Source: Bdellovibrionota bacterium (lineage in GTDB: Bacteria; Bdellovibrionota_C; UBA2361; JBGSMV01). Taken from it: a stretch of 30,762 bases of DNA. The notes beneath the pieces were generated by a model. The model saw only the letters and a program-made list of their open reading frames with translations, ran no database searches and was not told the DNA's origin. This document shows, piece after piece, positions 1 through 7,919 of the stretch; the first letter of the stretch is position 1; every line of letters begins with the position of its first letter. A program made the position numbers and the translations under genes. The stretch lies in contig JBIKWF010000045.1 in the NCBI GenBank assembly GCA_044356455.1, positions 1-30,762 of the forward strand. The letters are read 5' to 3'.

Positions 1-245
1 CATTTTCGCTTCTTTGAGAGCGTTGGCGCCCTCGCGTGCGTCAGGCTAGTTCTCCAGCAGATAGGGCAACTTTCTGTGCGTTCATCCTAAAATTTCGAGT
101 CCGAGGTGGCTAGGTGACCTTATCTGTCGGTAACTCCGGAGCGACATGGGGTGATGTCTTCGTATGAGATGGCTTGTCACGTCGATGGTCTGGACATGGT
201 GGGTGGCACCAAAGACCCAGACCCAGAAAAGAGGAGGAAGAGGGC

Positions 246-2026
246 CTACTCCAGGCCCGCGCGTTTGCGAAGTGTTCCCAAATACTCAGAGAGAAGCGCA
301 CGAGACTTGGCGACTCCGGGGGCGTCATCGATTATTTGCGAGACCAGCCTCTCGCATTCAAGCACTTCACAGTGACCGACGAGATGATTTACCTGGCCCG
401 CGTTAGGCTCAGCTACGCTAAAGATTCGCACTCCTGCGCCCAACAATAGAGGCGCGAGCAAGGAATCCGAAGCTGCATCCCCACACACACTAACCGGAAT
501 TCCTCTATCTTTCGCTACTCGGCAAGTGTCCCTAATCGCTCGGATAATCACTGGATGAGCCTCATCAAATCCATGGCCTATCAGCGATGACCTACGCCCA
601 ATCCCAAGAAAAGACTGGGTAAGATCATTTGTCCCAATCGAGAAAAAACTCGCTACTTGAGCAAGGTGTTCTGCGGAAAAAACAGCGCTGGGTGTCTCAA
701 TCATAGATCCCACTGCTATTTTCTCATTGAGCGAAACTCCCATCCTTACTAGTCCCCTCATTTCGCTGTAGAAAATATCTAACGCCTGCTGGAATTCTTC
801 CGCATCGTTGATACTAGGGAACATCACGCGCACGTTTGCCTGAGTGGAAGCACGCAGTATCGCTCGGCAGTGCGTACGAAAAATTGCTTCATTCTCTTCT
901 GATGCGAGAGAGAGAGACGAATGCCCTTCGGGCTATACGTAACATCGGGACCAAGTCGCTGACGTGTCGTATCCCATTGCGGCCACTTATCATCTCCAAA
1001 ATCCATAGTGCGAATCGTAAGCGGGCGCTTGCCTAAGGCTTGGGCAGCCGCAAGAAAAACTGCATACTGCTCGTCTTCGGAAGGTGGCGTGTCACGAGAG
1101 AGGAATAGAAACTCACTTCGAAATAGCCCCACTCCTTGCAGTGCGGTTTTGCTAATCCGTGTAACGTCATGAAGAGACTCAACGTTGGCAACAATTGCAA
1201 TACGCGTTCCGTCTCTAGTCGCAGAGCCTCCCTTGGTTAGAGGCTTCGACTTAAATCGTACTTCATTCAGACGCATCGTTGCCAAAAGCGCCGCCTTGAC
1301 GCTCTCATCAGGATTAATCGTGACGACCCCGTTGAAGGCATCTACTGCAAGCTCTTGGCCTTGAGCTAAATTTTTCGATAAGTCAGCAAGGCCCGCCACA
1401 ACGGGAATTCCTCGATGACGACAAATCACGGCAGTATGATCCCGTGCTCCGCCTCCATCCGTGCATACCGCAAGGATCTTACTCGAACTCAACGTAAATG
1501 CTTCTGACGGTTCAAGGACTGAGGCAACGAGTACCACGGGACCATCAGTAAAAGATGGGCTCGTTGGCTCAGATATCCCAAGGAGCTTTCGGAGCATTCG
1601 GCTCCGAACATCTGCGATGTCGTTTGCTTTTAATCTGAAGTCATCGGTTGCCATCGCTTGGAATTTTCGTATCCAGTCTCCAAAAACCTGATCAACTGCA
1701 GCCTCGGCATTGGCTCCTTGTCCAACGAGCTTCCTTACCGCGGGAGACAGCTCTTTGAGCATCTCGAACTGGAAACGAAGCGTGTTGCCATCTTTGCCAA
1801 AGTCTTGCTTCTTCGCTTCTTCAAATAGACTTCGCAATTCCTGATCAGCAGTGGTCATCGCATGATCATACCGCTGCAATTCTGCTGGCACCTCCTCCAT
1901 AGGAATCGAACGCTGAGGCACTTGCAGTTGCTGGCGGACATAAACAAAGGCTGGACCCACCGCACCACCAGGGACAGCCCCAACCCCCTTTATTTTATGA
2001 ACGGAGCGATCTATCTGAGCGGGCAT
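246..2026 (-). pseudogene. ptsI: PEP-protein phosphotransferase (PTS Enzyme I), frameshifted at the (GA)6 tract 906-917; phase-variable gene, pseudogene or assembly error
   Basis: ORF 824..2119 has GGARDHTAV (phospho-His loop), GVGLFRSEFLF and TIRTMDFGDDK. ORF 246..833 has GSMIETPSA, SIGTNDLTQ and VSVCGD. Removing one dinucleotide joins them through GIRLSLASEENEAIFRTHCRAILRASTQANVRVMFP, giving about 592 aa from the ATG at 2026. Start is uncertain. Confidence 0.92.
906..917. repeat. (GA)6/(TC)6 microsatellite at the ptsI frameshift
   Basis: c-gagagagagaga-cg read directly at 905-919. Confidence 0.9.
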
Positions 2027-2185
2027 GAAGGGTTCACCTGCACCGCCTTGGGCTATTGAGATTTCGTGAGGAGGGGAGGGGTGAAATCGCGGCATCACTG
2101 AAACTTCCGTGAACTCCACAAGTTAACGAGGGGGCTTTTCCGCCCGAACAAAAAAGGGCCCCTATCTTACATAGACTTAAGGATT

Positions 2186-3283
2186 ATGGGAACATCAATC
2201 GCATTGACATCTTCTCCCATGGCTCAGTCTCTCCCAACAGCAACTGGATCTTCACTTGGAAATGCCCCAGGCAACAGGAGAGATCCTGCGCTTTGCTTTC
2301 TGCCACTTAGTGGACTCCCACGGCTACTTGAGCAGGCAATGGCCGCCACTTCTACCAAAAGAATTCAAATTCCGACGTCATTAACGCCTGAGCCAGAGTT
2401 TCCGGACCACGCCGAGGTGAAGGGCTTTGCCTACCACGCTCTCGCTCGAATTGCCGAGCATTATTGGAATGAAATTCTTGCGTGGCGAAGGAGAAATCCG
2501 GAGTCTCTGGGGCTTACCCTGCCTGGGGCGCACGAGATCCCTCGCGAAACGTTCTCGAAGCCCTTTAAGGAGGGTTCAACAGTCGTCAATCCAGGCGCCA
2601 TCTCTTTGAACCTGATGCATCAGGTCAAGCTGCTCACGACCACCTTCGCAAGCCTTCCTCATTCGGAGCGCTGGATGGAGCAAGCCAAGAATGATACCGA
2701 ATCTCAGTCCCTGGCATGCTATCTTAGGCTGTCACCAGTTGAGTTCCGCCTTGCCGCTGGCCTGAATTCAGCCTTTGCACGCACTTTTGAGCTCCAAGCA
2801 GAGCTTCTTAATGCCCTCGCTGAACAAGCTCGCTCCCAGGACACCCACCAAGCCTATCTCGCGCTTTCCGTGCTTTCTTCGCCTGAACTTCTCTCTTGCC
2901 ACTTTAACGAGCTTCACAAACTCCTCAAATACCTCTCGAGTGTACACTTCGATCACTTTAAGCTAGTAAATGATTGGATGAGCGAGCAAAAAGGGCAGAA
3001 GAATCTCTTTATCTTTGCTCAGTCTAACGAGGCTCCAGGATTGCGAGTCGGCGTTTCGACTGAGGCTGCTGCCGTGCTCCAGTCCCGGATTAGCGGCTGT
3101 GTTCCGCTCTCCTCTCGGCACGGCTGCCCAGCATCTGCGGCCCGCACGGTGCCTGCTGAGGGCTCAGAAATTCGCTCTGTAATGCATCAAGCCTTCACGT
3201 GGATTGAAGAAATCAATGCAACCTTTCTGTTTCCTCTTGTCGCAGAGCTCTATTCTCGCCAAGCTCCCTCTATGGCCGATTGA
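2186..3283 (+). CDS. Hypothetical protein (365 aa)
   Basis: Long ORF divergent from ptsI with AAGGA just upstream of the ATG; no motif recognised. Confidence 0.7.
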   Translation: MGTSIALTSSPMAQSLPTATGSSLGNAPGNRRDPALCFLPLSGLPRLLEQAMAATSTKRIQIPTSLTPEPEFPDHAEVKGFAYHALARIAEHYWNEILAWRRRNPESLGLTLPGAHEIPRETFSKPFKEGSTVVNPGAISLNLMHQVKLLTTTFASLPHSERWMEQAKNDTESQSLACYLRLSPVEFRLAAGLNSAFARTFELQAELLNALAEQARSQDTHQAYLALSVLSSPELLSCHFNELHKLLKYLSSVHFDHFKLVNDWMSEQKGQKNLFIFAQSNEAPGLRVGVSTEAAAVLQSRISGCVPLSSRHGCPASAARTVPAEGSEIRSVMHQAFTWIEEINATFLFPLVAELYSRQAPSMAD

Positions 3284-3367
3284 GTAACGCAATCGTCCCT
3301 TACAAAGCCGCCCTCATGCCATGCTCCGGCAGAGGCCCTCAACAACTTCCATAGATCGAGACCATAT

Positions 3368-3781
3368 ATGAGCAAATTTGGGGTTCGCACAGATACCGAG
3401 GACGCTCTCACCAGACGCATGCTCGAAGTCGGACTTAGAGAAGAGGATATCGAAGAGCGTTTTATCAGAGGCAGCGGGAGCGGTGGTCAGAAAGTAAATA
3501 AAACAAGCTCCTGCGTCACTCTCAAACATATCCCTACAGGAATTGAAGTGCGCTGCCAAAGAGAGCGTACCCAGTCACTCAATCGTTTCTTCGCGCGCCG
3601 AGAACTCTGTGACAAATTGGAAGCGCGCAAGAAAGGTTTTGTTGAGCGACAGCGCGCGGAAGTTTCTAAAATTCGCCGCCAAAAGGCGAAGCGCTCGCGC
3701 AGGACAAAAGAGAAAATTCTCCGAGGGAAGGCCCATCGGTCTTCAATTAAGAAGCTCAGGGGATCCGCCAACTCAGAATAG
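3368..3781 (+). CDS. Codon-independent peptidyl-tRNA hydrolase, RF-1 domain (ArfB/C12orf65-like ribosome rescue factor)
   Basis: [22 protein letters not shown] motif, [20 protein letters not shown] and a very basic C-terminal tail; no codon-recognition domains. Confidence 0.9.
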   Translation: MSKFGVRTDTEDALTRRMLEVGLREEDIEERFIRGSGSGGQKVNKTSSCVTLKHIPTGIEVRCQRERTQSLNRFFARRELCDKLEARKKGFVERQRAEVSKIRRQKAKRSRRTKEKILRGKAHRSSIKKLRGSANSE

Positions 3782-3797
3782 CTAGAGCCTTTTAGTC

Positions 3798-3846
3798 GCC
3801 CCTCTAATTGACCGATAACTTTACTTATCGGTCAATTTAAAGGGGC
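3798..3846. other. Inverted repeat with a 13-6-13 core (dif-like site, operator or hairpin)
   Basis: AATTGACCGATAA-CTTTAC-TTATCGGTCAATT (3806-3837), flanked by GCCCCT...AGGGGC. Confidence 0.75.
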
Positions 3847-3934
3847 AGCGAAGCGCGCTCTTCCAGAAATCTTGCGCTTTAGAGTCACCTTCGCTGGATC
3901 CATCCCTCTGCTTTCGCTACCCTTGGCCACCCCT

Positions 3935-5533
3935 ATGAGCGAGAAACAACGCCTTACAGTTGACGATATCTCAGCCGACGAACTGAGACGCTGCACGAGC
4001 ATATTCGAAGCGGTCTCTGAGGACGCGCGCGTCCTCGGAAAACTATCGCCCGAGGAACGTATTGCCTTTCTATGGGCAGCCGGTCAGGCCAGTAAGCCGG
4101 ATAAAGCGCTTCGCAAGCGCCGACTAAAGGCGCTCCGGCGTCAGGAAAGCCAGGCTCGGCGGGAGGCCAACAAGGCAGTACGCTCCCGGACTACTATTCG
4201 CACCGTGCGCAGAGAATCAGAATTCTTTGCCCCACCGCGCCAGATTGGAACTTCAGCACAAAAAACAGCTGCATTAGAGCTCGAGTCGCCGGACGCCTGC
4301 TACATTTGCAAGGCGCACTTCACCAAAGTCCATCATTTTTACGACTCGCTGTGCCCCACCTGCGCAGAATTCAACTACGAAAAGCGTTTCCAATCTGCAC
4401 CCCTCACGGGACAGGTGGCCTTGATAACTGGGGCTCGGCTTAAGATTGGGTACCAAGCTGCCCTCATGATGCTCCGTGCCGGAGCCCATGTAATCGTAAC
4501 CACCCGCTTTCCAAAAGACGCGGCTCTGCGCTACGCAAAAGAGTCTGACTTCTCTCAGTGGAAAGACAAACTTCATGTCTACGGACTTGATCTGCGCCAT
4601 GCCCCAAGCGTCGAAGCTTTAACTGAATATCTCGGAAGGACTCTCGGCCGCCTTGACATTCTGATCAACAACGCCGCGCAAACGGTACGGAGGCCTCCCG
4701 GATTTTATGCGCATTTGCTCCCTATTGAGAACACCCCAACAGAGAATCTTCCGCCTCTAGTTCAGGCGATTCTTGGGCCATATGAAGAATGCCGCAAAGT
4801 ATTGCAGCATGGGCGCTTCGGAAGCGAAGCTGACGAAGGGACGCGCTGGGTATCGGAGTGGCATAGCGGAACTACAACCTCCCCTGTAGTGGGCAGCTCT
4901 TTTCTGGGAACCCCTGCGCCAGGACTTTTTGCCTCTGCCGAGCTCTCTCAGATTCCCTACGCCTGCGATGGAGCAGCCGAGCTGCATCATGAACTCTTTC
5001 CCGAGGGGCGCCTTGATCAAGATCTGCAACAAGTGGACCTTCGGGCGAAGAATAGTTGGCGTATGACACTCGCCGAAGTGCCGACTCCTGAATTAATAGA
5101 AGTACAACTCGTTAACGCAATCTCCCCCTTTATTCTTTGCGGCAAACTTAAACCCCTAATGTTAAAAGCCGGCCCCGGAGCCAAACACATCGTCAATGTA
5201 TCAGCCATGGAGGGGAAATTTAGTCGGCACACTAAGACCGATAAACATCCTCATACGAACATGGCCAAGGCCGCCCTTAACATGATGACGCTTACTTCAG
5301 CTCGCGATTACATGAAGGATGGCATTTATATGAATGCGGTCGATACCGGCTGGGTGACTGACGAGGATCCTGCCGCCCTTTCAGAGCGCAAACAGCGCGA
5401 CCATGATTTTCAGCCGCCGCTTGATATAGTTGACGGAGCTGCGCGGGTAATGGACCCGGTGTTTTCAGGGGCGCTGACTGGTAAACACTCTTGGGGTAAT
5501 TTTCTGAAGGATTACGTTCCCACGGAATGGTAA
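3935..5533 (+). CDS. SDR-family oxidoreductase with an N-terminal Cys-rich region
   Basis: ALITGARLKIG Rossmann motif, LINNAAQ, VNVSAMEG, HTNMAKAALN and CYIC...CPTC; ATG at 3935 preferred over TTG at 3872. Confidence 0.9.
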   Translation: MSEKQRLTVDDISADELRRCTSIFEAVSEDARVLGKLSPEERIAFLWAAGQASKPDKALRKRRLKALRRQESQARREANKAVRSRTTIRTVRRESEFFAPPRQIGTSAQKTAALELESPDACYICKAHFTKVHHFYDSLCPTCAEFNYEKRFQSAPLTGQVALITGARLKIGYQAALMMLRAGAHVIVTTRFPKDAALRYAKESDFSQWKDKLHVYGLDLRHAPSVEALTEYLGRTLGRLDILINNAAQTVRRPPGFYAHLLPIENTPTENLPPLVQAILGPYEECRKVLQHGRFGSEADEGTRWVSEWHSGTTTSPVVGSSFLGTPAPGLFASAELSQIPYACDGAAELHHELFPEGRLDQDLQQVDLRAKNSWRMTLAEVPTPELIEVQLVNAISPFILCGKLKPLMLKAGPGAKHIVNVSAMEGKFSRHTKTDKHPHTNMAKAALNMMTLTSARDYMKDGIYMNAVDTGWVTDEDPAALSERKQRDHDFQPPLDIVDGAARVMDPVFSGALTGKHSWGNFLKDYVPTEW

Positions 5534-5623
5534 GTTCGAGCGTGCGCGCTCTTGTAATTTGAACTTTACGGAATGTTGGCAATGAAGTGCTGACATACCA
5601 ACGCTTTCAACCGGCTAGGCCAA

Positions 5624-6616
5624 ATGGACGCACACACCACACCCGCGAGAACAAAGGGCATTGAGTCAAGAATCCCCGACTATGACGTGGCATCAGTTCC
5701 TACGTTTGATGATGCTCTTCGGAAACAAGCGAGCCTACCCCTTCGTTATGGCGACGGCAGCATCGCCCTCCTTCGTAGCTTCGATCACGATATCCGGCCC
5801 CGTGTCGAGAGACTCCCTGAGTGCTGTGAGGTATCGACGATTGGAACTGTTTCCTATGGCCCCCACGCCTACCCGCTCTTTCGGGTCGCTGCTACTCGGA
5901 ATCCGAATAATCCTTTTGTCTGTATCTCTGGGATAGTACACGGAGACGAAGAAGCTGGTGGCAAAGCAATTCTTGCCTTTCTCGAACAACGTCTGCAGGA
6001 GTACTTGCCAAGCTTCAACTTCATCGCCTACCCGTGCGTAAATCCAAGTGGCTACGAAGCAGCCTCACTCCAGGCGATGAATGGTTACTTTCCGGACGCC
6101 CGAGTGGATAAGAATACGGGGAATATAAACAGGAGCTTCGGCGGGGCCCTGGATCAGCAAGAGGCGCGCCTTATTGAGGCTGATTTGGGCCGCTTGGCGA
6201 AACGCTTTCTATTCGCTATGGACATGCATGAGTCACCCCCCTACTACACTGATGAGAAATATTCGCCGAGCGATGCGCCAAGGGATTGCTGGATGTATGA
6301 AACTCGCGCTCCGGGAGTTGAAAAGATTGGTCCGCAGCTCATGGCGACAGTTCCTTCCGATATCAAGCCGTGTCGGTGGCCAGTTATATACGACGAGCCT
6401 AGCGACGGCGGAGTGATTGATTTTTGTGAAGCAACAAGTGCGCATGCTGAGCTTTGTTTCGCTACGTCGTTGGACGCACATTTATTTAGGTGCTACACGC
6501 CACACTCCTTTACAACCGAGACACCAACAGGATGGAGATTAGAGAAGAGGATAGCTACGCATCTGCATTTTCTTGAGGCTGCGTTGAGAATCTATCGGTC
6601 AAAGAGCCTCTCCTAG
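5624..6616 (+). CDS. M14-family zinc metallocarboxypeptidase / succinylglutamate desuccinylase-like hydrolase
   Basis: HGDE (HxxE), PCVNPSG, NINRSF, DMHE and C-terminal TTETP. Confidence 0.85.
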   Translation: MDAHTTPARTKGIESRIPDYDVASVPTFDDALRKQASLPLRYGDGSIALLRSFDHDIRPRVERLPECCEVSTIGTVSYGPHAYPLFRVAATRNPNNPFVCISGIVHGDEEAGGKAILAFLEQRLQEYLPSFNFIAYPCVNPSGYEAASLQAMNGYFPDARVDKNTGNINRSFGGALDQQEARLIEADLGRLAKRFLFAMDMHESPPYYTDEKYSPSDAPRDCWMYETRAPGVEKIGPQLMATVPSDIKPCRWPVIYDEPSDGGVIDFCEATSAHAELCFATSLDAHLFRCYTPHSFTTETPTGWRLEKRIATHLHFLEAALRIYRSKSLS

Positions 6617-6881
6617 AAGAGGAAAAACCCTAGCGCGTTGCTCTACTAATTCTAGGGAACCTCTGAAAAACTTGGAATCAAGCTTCTTCTGTCCTGTTTT
6701 CTCTCCGCGTACTCAGCGTCCTCCGCCTTACTTGAAAACTATTAACGCGAGGTACGCGGAGGGGGAGTTTTTCAGCGGTTCCCAAGGTCTATGCACTTCA
6801 CCTAAATTCCTCGAGCCATGGTCTACAAAGAAGCGCAGATCTCGCCACCGCACTTGATTGACAACCAAAAGCGCGAGAATA

Positions 6882-7859
6882 ATGCGAACCATGAGTCCAA
6901 TTTTTGCTAGCACCCCCGCATATCAAAGTATTCGAGAGCGAGCACTTCCCCGCGACATTGAGGAGACTCTCGCCGCCCTCCGCATTACCACCCCTCGAGA
7001 ATTACTGAAGTACTCTGGAAGTGCGCCAGTTGCTGCTCGGGTTGGAGAAGCGTATCAGGGAAAGCTGAGCCCCTTGCTCTCAAGTTCAGGCTCTGCCGAG
7101 ATGCAAGTGCGATTCGCACTGCAGCATGCAGCAATTCTTGCCCCTCTCTTGGTGAGGCCCGATACCGTGCTCAGCGAAAATGAAAGCCGTTCGGCTATTG
7201 CCTACGCCATCTCCGAGGCGTCAGCGCGCCTCAATCGTTCAAGCTGGGGGTGGCGCAGCGAAGAGGCATTCACTCGATTCGACTGCAGCATGGATGGCGA
7301 CGTAAGCGTTCGGCAAGCGCCTCTTTCTCGGTCGGGCCAGGAGGCTGAACCTGAGTTGGTGGATGTGGGTTACCGGGGATTTACTCTGTCTCAAGACAGC
7401 TCACCTCTGCTTGTCGCGGCTCTGAGGTTTGCGAAACATATCGGCTCACTTGATCTGCCGGAAATCAGCGAGCATAGGCAGGTTATAGCCCAAGTTAGAA
7501 ATAGTTTTTGGGGAAATCCTTCCTATTCCTCCCCGCAGGCCCCTCAGTCCTGCAAGTGTCGAAACGCATGCGAGCTTCGACTTGTTGGAGAACTAGACTG
7601 CACCGATAGCAACTACTTTACCTTCGATGCGAATTTGGGAAGGCATTATCTCCCTCGGATTGATGGAGAGCGTTTAGAGTTTCTGCGATTTGCAGAGGCA
7701 GGAGACACGCTGGCACCTGAATTCCCTGAAAGAAAATTTGTAAGGGACGTTGTCTTTAGTCGCGTAGACCTACCCGAACTCTTTGTGGGAATCTACCGAA
7801 CATTCGCAAGGTCTCCAGACCTTATGGCGGAAATACTAGCTGCTTTTGTGCCTGAATAG
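6882..7859 (+). CDS. Hypothetical protein (~325 aa)
   Basis: Long ORF filling the gap between flanking genes; no motif recognised; start uncertain (6858, 6882 or 6891). Confidence 0.65.
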   Translation: MRTMSPIFASTPAYQSIRERALPRDIEETLAALRITTPRELLKYSGSAPVAARVGEAYQGKLSPLLSSSGSAEMQVRFALQHAAILAPLLVRPDTVLSENESRSAIAYAISEASARLNRSSWGWRSEEAFTRFDCSMDGDVSVRQAPLSRSGQEAEPELVDVGYRGFTLSQDSSPLLVAALRFAKHIGSLDLPEISEHRQVIAQVRNSFWGNPSYSSPQAPQSCKCRNACELRLVGELDCTDSNYFTFDANLGRHYLPRIDGERLEFLRFAEAGDTLAPEFPERKFVRDVVFSRVDLPELFVGIYRTFARSPDLMAEILAAFVPE

Positions 7860-7919
7860 TGCGGTAGCGGAACCTCCCCTCTCGGCCTGAGTCCTTGAAA
7901 CTGCGTATGGGAAACTGCG

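Noticed and set aside
824..2119. Two separate PTS genes
   Set aside because: The break is mid-domain and the alternate frame supplies the missing conserved segment, so this is one frameshifted gene.
1971..2849. GGGACAGCCCC (1971) and GGACACCCA (~2839) matches to the element motifs
   Set aside because: Short, inside coding sequence and without partner arms; likely chance.
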